From positions 826,646,001 to 826,710,000 of the forward strand of contig NC_091284.1 of the NCBI RefSeq assembly GCF_032444005.1: a DNA stretch of 64,000 nucleotides, in the 5' to 3' direction. How positions within the stretch are numbered: position 1 is the first letter of the stretch; every line of letters begins with the position of its first letter. Below are positions 1-13,600 of the stretch, piece after piece. The notes below the pieces were generated by a model. That model did not search any database. It saw only the letters and a program-made list of their open reading frames with translations, and was not told where the DNA came from. The position numbers were made by a program, and so were the translations under genes. The DNA comes from Ranitomeya imitator. Taxonomy: Eukaryota.

Positions 1-3000
1 TCACTGTTATGGGGTTACTATGATATCACTGTTATGGGGTCACTGTGATGTCACTGTTATGGGGTCACTATGATGTCAGTGTTATGGGGTTACTATGATG
101 TCACTGTTATGGGGTCACTGTGATATCACTGTTATGGGGTCACTGTGATGTCACTGTTATGGGGTCACTATGATATCACTGTTATGGGGTCACTGTGATG
201 TCATTGTTATGGGGTCACTATGATGTCACTGTTATGGGCTCGCTGTGATGTCACTGTTATGGGCTCGCTGTGATGTCACTGTTATGGGCTCGATGTGATG
301 TCACTGTTATGGGGTCACTATGATGTCACTGTTATGGGGTCACTATGATGTCACTGTTATGGGGTCACTGTGATGTCACTGTTATGGAGTTACTATGATG
401 TCACTGTTATGGGGTCACTATGATGTCACTGTTATGGGGTTACTATGATGTCACTGTTATGGGGTCACTGTGATGTCACTGTTATGGGGTCACTATGATA
501 TCACTGTTATGGGGTCACTATGATGTCACTGTTATGGGCTCGCTGTGATGTCACTGTTATGGGCTCGATGTGATGTCACTGTTATGGGGTCACTATGATG
601 TCACTGTTATGGGGTCACTATGATGTCACTGTTATGGGGTTACTATGATGTCACTGTTATGGGGTTACTATGATGTCACTGTTATGGGGTTACTATGATG
701 TCACTGTTATGGGGTCACTATGATGTCACTGTTATGGGGTCACTATGATGTCACTGTTATGGGCTCGCTGTGATGTCACTGTTATGGGCTCGATGTGATG
801 TCACTGTTATGGGGTCACTATGATGTCACTGTTATGGGGTCACTATGATGTCACTGTTATGGGGTTACTATGATGTCACTGTTATGGGGTCACTGTGATG
901 TCACTGTTATGGAGTTACTATGATGTCACTGTTATGGGGTCACTGTGATGTCACTGTTATGGAGTTATTATGATGTCACTGTTATGGGGTCACTATGATG
1001 TCACTGTTATGGGGTTACTATGATGTCACTGTTATGGGGTCACTGTGATGTCACTGTTATGGGGTCACTATGATATCACTGTTATGGGATCACTATGATG
1101 TCACTGTTATGGGCTCGCTGTAATGTCACTGTTATGGGGTCACTATGATGTCAATGTTATGGGGTCACTATGATGTCACTGTTATGGGCTCGCTGTAATG
1201 TCACTGTTATGGGGTCACTATGATGTCACTGTTATGGGGTCACTATGATGTCACTGTTATGGGGTTACTATGATGTCACTGTTATGGGGTCACTGTGATG
1301 TCACTGTTATGGGGTCACTATGATGTCACTGTTATGGGGTCACTATGATGTCAATGTTATGGGGTCACTATGATGTCACTGTTATGGGCTCGCTGTAATG
1401 TCACTGTTATGGGGTCACTATGATGTCACTGTAATGGGCTCGCTGTGATGTCACTGTTATGGGGTCACTATGATGTCACTGTAATGGGCTCGCTGTGATG
1501 TCACTGTTATGGGGTCACTGTGATGTCACTGTTATGGGCTCGCTGTGATGTCACTGTTATGGGGTCACTATGATGTCACTGTTATGGGGTCACTATGATG
1601 TTAATGTTATGGGGTCACTGTGATGTCACTGTTATGGGCTCGCTGTGATGTCACTGTTATGGGGTCACTATGATGTCACTGTTATGGGGTCACTATGATG
1701 TTAATGTTATGGGGTCACTATGATGTCACTGTTATGGGCTCGCTGTGATGTCACTGTTATGGGTTTACTATGATGTCACTGTTATGGGGTCACTATGATG
1801 TCACTGTTATGGGGTCACTGTGATGTCACTGTAATGGGCTCGATGTGATGTCACTGTTATGGGGTCACTATGATGTCACTGTTATGGGCTCGCTGTGATG
1901 TCACTGTTATGGGCTCGATGTGATGTCACTGTTATGGGGTCACTATGATGTCACTGTTATGGGGTCACTATGATGTCAATGTTATGGGGTCACTATGATG
2001 TCACTGTTATGGGCTCGCTGTGATGTCACTGTTATGGGGTCACTATGATGTCACTGTTATGGGGTCACTGTGATGTCACTGTTATGGGGTCATTGTTATG
2101 GGGACACTGTTATGAGGTCACTATGATGTCACTGTTATGGGGTCACTGTGATGTCACTGTAATGGGCTCGATGTGATGTCACTGTTATGGGGTCACTATG
2201 ATGTCACTGTTATGGGCTCGCTGTGATGTCACTGTTATGGGCTCGATGTGATGTCACTGTTATGGGGTCACTATGATGTCACTGTTATGGGGTCACTGTG
2301 ATGTCACTGTTATGGGGTCACTATGATGTCACTGTTATGGACTCGATGTGATGTCACTGTTATGGGGTCACTATGATGTCACTGTTATGGGGTCACTGTG
2401 ATGTCACTGTTATGGGGTCACTATGATGTCACTGTTATGGGGTCACTATGATGTCACTGTTATGAGGTCACTGTGATGTCACTGTTATGGGGTCACTATG
2501 ATGTCACTGTTATGGGGTCACTGTGATGTCACTGTAATGGGCTCGATGTGATGTCACTGTTATGGGGTCACTATGATGTCACTGTTATGGGCTCGCTGTG
2601 ATGTCACTGTTATGGGCTCGATGTGATGTCACTGTTATGGGGTCACTATGATGTCACTGTTATGGGGTCACTATGATGTCACTGTTATGGGCTCGATGTG
2701 ATGTCACTGTTATGGGGTCACTATGATGTCACTGTTATGGGGTCACTATGATGTCAATGTTATGGGGTCACTATGATGTCAATGTTATGGGGTCACTATG
2801 ATGTCACTGTTATGGGCTCGCTGTGATGTCACTGTTATGGGGTCACTATGATGTCACTGTTATGGGGTCATTGTTATGGGGACACTGTTATGAGGTCACT
2901 GTGATGTCACTGTTATGAGGTCACTGTGATGTCACTCTTATGTCGTCACTGTGATGTCACTGTTATGGGGTCACTGTGATGTCACTGTTATGGGGTCACT

Positions 3001-3283
3001 ATGATGTCACTGTTATGGACTCGATGTGATGTCACTGTTATGGGGTCACTATGATGTCACTGTTATGGGGTCACTGTGATGTCACTGTTATGGGGTCACT
3101 ATGATGTCACTGTTATGGGGTCACTATGATGTCACTGTTATGAGGTCACTGTGATGTCACTCTTATGTCGTCACTGTGATGTCACTCTTATGTCGTCACA
3201 GTGATGTCACTGTTATGGGGTCACTGTGATGTCACTGTTATGGGGTCATTGTTATGGGGTCACTGTTATGGGGTCACTGTGAT
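1..3283. repeat. Minisatellite, 25-bp unit (TCACTGTTATGGGGTCACTATGATG), in the UCP intron after exon 3; runs off the left edge
   Basis: Periodicity read directly; variant units such as ...GGGCTCGCTGTGATG. Confidence 0.97.
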
Positions 3284-3454
3284 TTTACTATTTTAGATAT
3301 ACTGTGGCTGCCACCGATATGGGGCACATTTGATTATTTAGGGCCTTTGTAACGTTTCCCCCCAAGAAGATCCCACATTAGAGTGAGGTCTTTACAAAAC
3401 ATAATGAAGGTTGTCCTCCATTCACACAGATGCGGGGTGATGGCCGCCGCTCAC

Positions 3455-3662
3455 TTTCTGACTGCCGACAGTAAAACTGCTTCACGGAGTCGTACATCCC
3501 GATGCGGATAGAGGCGAAGGTCATCTGCCGCTGCAGCCCGGCCACCAGCCCATTGTAGAGACTGGCCGGCCCCTCCATCTTCACCATGGTGGAGATCGTC
3601 CCCATCACCCCCTTGTACTGCACGACTCGGACGCTGGGCTGCGCCGGACCCTCCCCTTGGAT
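3455..3662 (-). CDS. UCP3: Uncoupling protein, second coding exon ([69 protein letters not shown])
   Basis: UCP-type [22 protein letters not shown]; acceptor cacctgcag|ATC, donor A|gtgagc; 208 nt, phase 0 to 1. Confidence 0.93.
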
Positions 3663-3735
3663 CTGCAGGTGGGACAGGGAGTGAAGACTTTTTCATATAT
3701 TTACACCCCTCCCCCCATCGGGTCACCTTATTTAC

Positions 3736-3861
3736 CTGCAGTCGGACTTTCGCCGTGTCTAAGGGGAATGTGAGCAAATCGGCAATACAGGCCGCCGTGC
3801 CAGCGCCCACAAACTTCACCATCAGCGTGGGGGGAACCTCGGAGGGCTTCAGTCCCACCAT
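3736..3861 (-). CDS. UCP3: Uncoupling protein, first coding exon ([42 protein letters not shown]); exon incl. 5'UTR spans 3736-3915
   Basis: Carrier motif PLDTAK; 126-nt coding part ending CAG|gtaaat; acceptor ttctatcttcacag| at 3916-3917; 73-nt intron to the next exon. Paralogue assigned from the MVGLKPS start plus same-strand adjacency to C2CD3. Confidence 0.9.
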
Positions 3862-4623
3862 CTTTACTTTTGTAGGTTTTGTAGTCGTCGACCAGTGATA
3901 CTCTTCACACGTTACCTGTGAAGATAGAATATTCTGACATTATCATCATGTAGTGGAGTACGTCTCCATACATTCCATTCATGTTCTTAAAGGGACAGTC
4001 CCTTTAAATAACGCTTAAAGGGCCTGGGGACAGACGTTTTTTTCTCCACTTATATACCTGTATTTCGGGCTAAAAATAAAGTATTTGCTATTGGGTTTCA
4101 TTACACATTTTGCACCGTTTGCCTTTTACAGGCTATCTTATGACCACAGATGACCCAAATACGTGGATATAAACACAAAAAAAGTTACTAAAACAATCCC
4201 TTTAATTACTCATTGTTTTCATGTGGTCTCCGGGACCAACAGAGGTGCTGGATTGTCAGATATTCTGGACTAGTGGGCTAAGATATGGTGCCGGACTATC
4301 AGAATTATTGGACTGTTGGATGCCAGATTAAAGGGATTCTGCATTGTGTGCAGAAGGGAAGCTGGAGCGTAACGGTGACTCCGATCATCGCTGATCTCAC
4401 ATTTCTTCACACGACTTCCCGTTTCGATCAGTTAATTTTCTGCTTGGTCATTAAATAAAACTCGGTGAAAGTTTTCGATATGTTCCTTAGTGACAAAGTC
4501 AGAAACCTCAAATTAAAGGACATCGTCCAATAAATGCTTCCATTTTCCTTACAAGACTTCTGCTTCCTGTCAGTGAATGAAAATCGGGACAGATCTAAGC
4601 ATACCCCCATCACCAAAAAATGG

Positions 4624-7600
4624 ATACAGACCCCGGACCGGACCCTGCAGATAAATACAGAACCCAGACCGGACCCTGCAGATAAATACAGAACCCAGAC
4701 CGGACCCTGCAGATAAATACAGAACCCAGACTGGACCCTGCAGATAAATACAGACCCCAGACTGGACCCTGCAGATAAATACAGACCCCAGACCAGACCC
4801 TGCAGATAAATACAGACCCCAGACTGGACCCTGCAGATAAATACAGAACCCAGACCGGACCCTGCAGATAAATACAGAACCCAGACCGGACCCTGCAGAT
4901 AAATACAGACCCCAGACTGGACCCTGCAAATAAATACAGACCCCGGACCGGACCCTGCAGATAAATACAGACCCCAGACCGGACCCTGCAGATAAATACA
5001 GACCCCAGACTGGACCCTGCAGATAAATACAGAACCCAGACCGGACCCTGCAGATAAATACAGAACCCAGACTGGACCCTGCAGATAAATACAGAACCCA
5101 GACCGGACCCTGCAGATAATTACAGACCCCAGACTGGACCCTGCAGATAAATACAGAACCCAGACCTGACCCTGCAGATAAATACAGAACCCAGACCGGA
5201 CCCTGCAAATAATTACAGAACCCAGACCGGACCCTGCAGATAAATACAGACCCCAGAGCGGACCCCGCAGATAAATACAGAACCCAGACCTGACTCTGCA
5301 GATAAATACAGAACCCAGACTGGACCCTGCAGATAAATACAGAACCCAGACCGGACCCTGCAGATAAATACAGGCCCCAGACCGGACCCTGCAGATAATT
5401 ACAGACCCCAGACTGGACCCTGCAGATAAATACAGAACCCAGACTGGACCTTGCAGATAAATACAGAACCCAGACCGGACCCTGCAGATAAATACAGAAC
5501 CCAGACTGGACCCTGCAGATAATTACAGACCCCAGACTGGACCCTGCAGATAAATACAGAACCCAGACCTGACCCTGCAGATAAATACAGAACCCAGACC
5601 GGACCCTGCAGATAATTACAGACCCCAGACTGGACCCTGCAGATAAATACAGAACCCAGACCGGACCCTGCAGATAAATACAGAACCCAGACTGGACCCT
5701 GCAGATAAATACAGAACCAAGACCGGACCCTGCAGATAAATACAGAACCCAGACCGGACCCTGCAGATAAATACAGACCCCAGACCGGACCCTGCAGATA
5801 AATACAGACCCCGGACCGGACCCTGCAGATAAATACAGACCTCAGACCGGACCCTGCAGATAAATACAGACCCCAGACCGGACTCTGCAGATAAATACAG
5901 ACCCCAGACTGGACCCTGCAGATAAATACAGACCCCAGACCGGACCCTGCAGATAAATACAGAACCCAGACCGGACCCTGCAGATAAATACAGACCCCAG
6001 ACCGGACCCTGCAGATAAATACAGACCCCAGACTGGACCCTGCAGATAAATACAGAACCCAGACCGGACCCTGCAGATAAATACAGAACCCAGACTGGAC
6101 CCTGCAGATAAATACAGAACCCAGACCGGACCCTGCAGATAAATACAGACCCCAGACCGGACCCTGCAGATAAATACAGAACCCAGACTGGACCCTGCAG
6201 ATAAATACAGAACCCAGACCGGACCCTGCAGATAAATACAGAACCCAGACTGGACCCTGCAGATCAATACAGAACCCAGACCGGACCCTGCAGATAAATA
6301 CAGACCCCAGACCGGACCCTGCAGATAAATACAGAACCCAGACTGGACCCTGCAGATAAATACAGACCCCAGACCGGACCCTGCAGATAAATACAGACCC
6401 CAGACCGGACCCTGCAGATAAATACAGACCCCGGACCGGACCCTGCAGATAAATACAGACACCAGACCGGACCCTGTAGATAAATACAGACCCGGACCGG
6501 ACCCTGCAGATAAATACAGACCCCAGACCAGACCCTGCAGATAAATACAGACCCCAGACCGGATCCTGCAGATAAATACAGACCCCGGACCGGACCCTTT
6601 AGATAAATACAGACCCCGGACCGGACCCTGCAGATAAATACAGACCCCGGACCGGACCCTGCAGATAAATACAGACCCCGGACCGGACCCTGCAGATAAA
6701 TACAGACCCCGGACCGGACCCCACAGATAAATACAGACCCCGGACCCTGCAGATAAATACAAACCCCAGAGCGGACCCCGCAGATACATACAGACCCCAG
6801 ACCTGACCCTGCAGATAAATACAGACCCCAGACCGGACCCTGCAGATAAATACAGACCCCAGACCGGACCCTGCAGATAAATACAGACCCCGAACCCTGC
6901 AGATAAATACAGACCTCAGACCGGACCCCGCAGATAAATACAGACCCCGGACCAGACCCTGCAGATAAATACAGACCCCAGACCGGACCCTGCAGATAAA
7001 TACAGACCCCAGACCGGACCCTGCAGATAAATACAGAACCCAGACCGGACCCTGCAGATAAATACAGAACCCAGACCGGACCCTGCAGATAAATACAGAC
7101 CCCGGACCGGACCCTGCAGATAAATACAGACCCCGGACCGGACCCTGCAGATAAATACAGACCCCAGACCGGACCCTGTAGATAAATACAGACCCCGGAC
7201 CGGACACCACAGATAAATACAGACCCCGGACCGGACCCTGCAGATTAATACAGACCCCAGAGCGGACCCCGCAGATAAATTCAGACCCCAGACCGGACCC
7301 TGCAGATAAATACAGACCCCAGACCAGAACCCTGCAGATAAATACAGACCCCAGACCAGACCCTGCAGATAAATACAGACCCCAGACCGGACCCTGCAGA
7401 TAAATACAGACCCCGGACCGGACCCCGCAGATAAATACAGACCCCGGACCGGACCCTACAGATAAATACAGACCCCAGACCGGACCCTGCAGATAAATAC
7501 AGACCCCAGACCGGACCCTGCAGATAAATACAGACCCCAGACCGGACCCTGCAGATAAATACAGACCCCAGACCGGACCCTGCAGATAAATACAGACCAC

Positions 7601-10600
7601 GAACCCTGCAGATAAATACAGACCCCAGGCCGGACCCCGCAGATAAATACAGACCCCGGACCGGACCCTGCAGATAAATACAGACCCCAGACCGGACCCT
7701 GCAGATAAATACAGAACCCAGACCGGACCCTGCAGATAAATACAGACCCCAGACCGGACCCTGCAGATAAATACAGACCCCGGACCAAACCTCGCAGATA
7801 AATACAGACCCCAGACCGGACCCTGCAGATAAATACAGAACCCAGACCGGACCCTGCAGATAAATACAGACCCCGGACTGGACCCTGCAGATAAATACAG
7901 ACCCCGGACCGGACCCTGCAGATAAATACAGACCCCAGAGCGGACCCTGCAGATAAATACAGACCCCAGACCGGACCCTGCAGATAAATACAGAACCCAG
8001 ACCAGACCCTGCAGATAAATACAGACCCCAGAGCGGACCCCGCAGATAAATACAGACCCCGGACCGGACCCTGCAGATAAATACAGAACCCAGACCGGAC
8101 CCTGCAGATAAATACAGACCCGGACTGGACCCTGCAGATAGATACAGACCCCGGACCGGTCTCTGCAGATAAATACAGACCCCGGACCGGACCCTGCAGA
8201 TAAATACAGACCCCGGACCGGACCCTGCAGATAAATACAGACCCCAGAGCGGACCCAGCAGATAAATACAGACCCCAGACTGGACCCTGCAGATAAATAC
8301 AGAACCCAGACCGGATCCTGCAGATAAATACAGACCCCAGACCGGACCCTGCAGATAAATACAGAACCCAGACTGGACCCCACAGATAGATACAGACCCC
8401 AGACCCGACCCTGCAGATAAATACAGACCCCGGACCAGACCCCGCAGATAAATACAGACCCCAGACCGGACTCTGCAGATAAATACAGACCCCGGACCAG
8501 ACCCCGCAGATAAATACAGACCCCAGACTGGACCTTGCAGATAAATACAGAACCCAGACCGGACCCTGCAGATAGATACAGACCCCGGACCAGACCCCGC
8601 AGATAAATACAGACCCCAGACCGGACCCTGCAGATAAATACAGAACCCAGACTGGACCCCACAGATAAATACAAACCCCGGACCGCACCCTGCAGATAAA
8701 TACAGGCCCCGGACCGGACCCTGCAGATAAATACAGAACCCAGACCGGACCCTGCAGATAAATACAGACCCCGGACTGGACCCTGCAGATAAATACAAAC
8801 CCCGGACCCTGCAGATAAATACAGACCCCGGACTGGACCCTGCAGATAAATACAAACCCCGGACCGCACCCTGCAGATAAATACAGGCCCCGGACCGGAC
8901 ACTGCAGATAAATACAGAACCCAGACCGGACCCTGCAGATAAATACAGACCCCGGACTGGACCCTGCAGATAAATACAAACCCCAGACCGGACCCTGCAG
9001 ATAAATACAGGCCCCAGACCGGACCCTGCAGATAAATACAGACCCCGGACCGGACCCTGCAGATAAATACAGGCCCCAGAGCGGACCCCGCAGATAAATA
9101 CAGACCCCGGACCGGACCCTGCAGATAAATACAGAACCCAGACCGGACCCTGCAGATAAATACAGAACCCAGACTGGACCCCACAGATAAATACAGACCC
9201 CAGACCGGACCCTGCAGATAAATACAGACCCCGGACCGCACCCTGCAGATAAATACAGACCCCAGACCAGACCCTGCAGATAAATACAGACCCCAGACCG
9301 GACCCTGCAGATAAATACAGAACCCAGACCGGACCCTGCAGATAAATACAGACCCCAGACCGGATCCAGCAGATAAATACAGACCCCAGACCGGACCCTG
9401 CAGATAAATACAGAACCCAGACCGGACCCTGCAGATAAATACAGACACCAGACCGGACCCTGCAGATAAATACAGACCCGGATCGGACCCTGCAGATAAA
9501 TACAGACCCCAGACCAGACCCTGCAGATAAATACAGACCCCAGACCGGACCCCACAGATAAATACAGACCCCGGACCGGACCCTGCAGATAAATACAGAC
9601 CCCAGAGCGGACCCTGCAGATAAATACAGACACCAGACCGGACCCCGCAGATAAATACAGACCCCGGACCGGACCCTGCAAATAAATACAGAACCCACAC
9701 CGGACCCTGCAGATAAATACAGACCCCAGACCGGACCCTGCAGATAAATACAGAACCCAGACCGGACCCTGCAGATAAATACAGACCCCAGACCGGACCC
9801 TGCAGATAAATACAGACCCCAGAGCGGACCCCGCAGATAAATAAAGACCCCAGACTGGACCCTGCAGATAAATACAGACCCCAGACCAGAACCCTGCAGA
9901 TAAATACAGACCCCAGACCGGACCCTGCAGATAAATACAGACCCCGGACCGGACCCCGCAGATAAATATAGACCCCGGACCGGACCCTACAGATAAATAC
10001 AGACCCCAGACCGGACCCTGCAGATAAATACAGACCCCAGACCGGACCCTGCAGATAAATACAGACCCAAGACCGGACCCTGCAGATAAATACAGACCCC
10101 AGACCGGACCCTGCAGATAAATACAGACCCCGGACCGGACCCTGCAGATAAATACAGACACCAGACCGGACCCTGTAGATAAATACAGACCCGGACCGGA
10201 CCCTGCAGATAAATACAGACCCCAGACCTGACCCTGCAGATAAATACAGACCCCAGACCGGATCCTGCAGATAAATACAGACCCCGGACCGGACCCTTTA
10301 GATAAATACAGACCCCGGACCGGACCCTGCAGATAAATACAGACCCCGGACCGGACCCTGCAGAAAAATACAGACCCCGGACCGGACCCTGCAGATAAAT
10401 ACAGACCCCGGACCGGACCCCACAGATAAATACAGACCCCGGACCCTGCAGATAAATACAAACCCCAGAGCGGACCCCGCAGATAAATACAGATCCCAGA
10501 CCGGACCCTGCAGATAAATACAGACCCCAGACCGGACCCTGCAGATAAATACAGACCCCAGACCGGACCCTGCAGATAAATACAGACCCCGAACCCTGCA

Positions 10601-13600
10601 GATAAATACAGACCTCAGACCGGACCCCGCAGATAAATACAGACCCCGGACCGGACCCTGCAGATAAATACAGACCCCAGACCGGACCCTGCAGATAAAT
10701 ACAGAACCCAGACCGGACCCTGCAGATAAATACAGACCCCAGACCGGACCCTGCAGATAAATACAGACCCCGGACCGAACCCCGCAGATAAATACAGACC
10801 CCAGACCGGACCCTGCAGATAAATACAGAACCCAGACCGGACCCTGCAGATAAATACAGACCCCGGACCGGACCCTGCAGATAAATACAGACCCCAGACC
10901 GGACCCTGCAGATAAATACAGAACCCAGACCGGACCCTGCAGATAAATACAGACACCAGACCGGACCCTGCAGATAAATACAGACCCGGACCGGACCCTG
11001 CAGATAAATACAGACCCCAGACCAGACCCTGCAGATAAATACAGACCCCAGACCGGACCCCACAGATAAATACAGACCCCGGACCGGACCCTGCAGATAA
11101 ATACAGACCCCAGAGCGGACCCTGCAGATAAATACAGACACCAGACCGGACCCCGCAGATAAATACAGACCCCGGACCGGACCCTGCAGATAAATACAGA
11201 ACCCACACCGGACCCTGCAGATAAATACAGACCCCAGACCGGACCCTGCAGATAAATACAGAACCCAGACCGGACCCTGCAGATAAATACAGACCCCAGA
11301 CCGAACCCTGCAGATAAATACAGACCCCAGAGCGGACCCCGCAGATAAATAAAGACCCCAGACCGGACCCTGCAGATAAATACAGACCCCAGACCAGAAC
11401 CCTGCAGATAAATACAGACCCCAGACCGGACCCTGCAGATAAATACAGACCCCGGACCGAACCCCGCAGATAAATATAGACCCCGGACCGGACCCTACAG
11501 ATAAATACAGACCCCAGACCGGACCCTGCAGATAAATACAGACCCCAGACCGGACCCTGCAGATAAATACAGACCCAAGACCGGACCCTGCAGATAAATA
11601 CAGACCCCAGACCGGACCCTGCAGATAAATACAGACCCCGGACCGGACCCTGCAGATAAATACAGACACCAGACCGGACCCTGTAGATAAATACAGACCC
11701 GGACCGGACCCTGCAGATAAATACAGACCCCAGACCAGACCCTGCAGATAAATACAGACCCCAGACCGGATCCTGCAGATAAATACAGACCCCGGACCGG
11801 ACCCTTTAGATAAATACAGACCCCGGACCGGACCCTGCAGATAAATACAGACCCGGACCGGACCCTGCAGAAAAATACAGACCCCGGACCGGACCCTGCA
11901 GATAAATACAGACCCCGGACCGGACCCCACAGATAAATACAGACCCCGGACCCTGCAGATAAATACAAACCCCAGAGCGGACCCCGCAGATAAATACAGA
12001 CCCCAGACCGGACCCTGCAGATAAATACAGACCCCAGACCGGACCCTGCAGATAAATACAGACCCCAGACCGGACCCTGCAGATAAATACAGACCCCGAA
12101 CCCTGCAGATAAATACAGACCTCGGACCGGACCCCGCAGATAAATACAGACCCCGGACCGGACCCTGCAGATAAATACAGACCCCAGACCGGACCCTGCA
12201 GATAAATACAGAACCCAGACCGGACCCTGCAGATAAATACAGACCCCAGACCGGACCCTGCAGATAAATACAGACCCCGGACCGAACCCCGCAGATAAAT
12301 ACAGACCCCAGACCGGACCCTGCAGATAAATACAGACCCCAGACTGGACCCTGCAGATAAATACAGAACCCAGACCGGACCCTGCAGATAAATACAGACC
12401 CCAGACCGGACCCTGCAGATAAATACAGACCCCGGACCGAACCCCGCAGATAAATACAGACCCCAGACCGGACCCTGCAGATAAATACAGACCCCAGACC
12501 GGACCCTGCAGATAAATACAGAACCCAGACCGGACCCTGCAGATAAATACAGAACCCAGACCGGACCCTGCAGATAAATACAGACCCCGGACCGGACCCT
12601 GCAGATAAATACAGACCCCGGACCCTGCAGATAAATACAGAACCCAGACCGGACCCTGCAGATAAATACAGACACCAGACCGGACCCTGCAGATAAATAC
12701 AGACCCGGACCGGACCCTGCAGATAAATACAGACCCCAGACCAGACCCTGCAGATAAATACAGACCCCAGACCGGACCCCACAGATAAATACAGACCCCG
12801 GACCGGACCCTGCAGATAAATACAGACCCCAGAGCGGACCCTGCAGATAAATACAGACCCCGAACCCTGCAGATAAATACAGACCTCGGACCGGACCCCG
12901 CAGATAAATACAGACCCCGGACCGGACCCTGCAGATAAATACAGACCCCAGACCGGACCCTGCAGATAAATACAGAACCCAGACCGGACCCTGCAGATAA
13001 ATACAGACCCCAGACCGGACCCTGCAGATAAATACAGACCCCGGACCGAACCCCGCAGATAAATACAGACCCCAGACCGGACCCTGCAGATAAATACAGA
13101 CCCCAGACTGGACCCTGCAGATAAATACAGAACCCAGACCGGACCCTGCAGATAAATACAGACCCCAGACCGGACCCTGCAGATAAATACAGACCCCGGA
13201 CCGAACCCCGCAGATAAATACAGACCCCAGACCGGACCCTGCAGATAAATACAGACCCCAGACCGGACCCTGCAGATAAATACAGAACCCAGACCGGACC
13301 CTGCAGATAAATACAGAACCCAGACCGGACCCTGCAGATAAATACAGACCCCGGACCGGACCCTGCAGATAAATACAGACCCCAGACCGGACCCTGCAGA
13401 TAAATACAGAACCCAGACCGGACCCTGCAGATAAATACAGACACCAGACCGGACCCTGCAGATAAATACAGACCCGGACCGGACCCTGCAGATAAATACA
13501 GACCCCAGACCAGACCCTGCAGATAAATACAGACCCCAGACCGGACCCCACAGATAAATACAGACCCCGGACCGGACCCTGCAGATAAATACAGACCCCA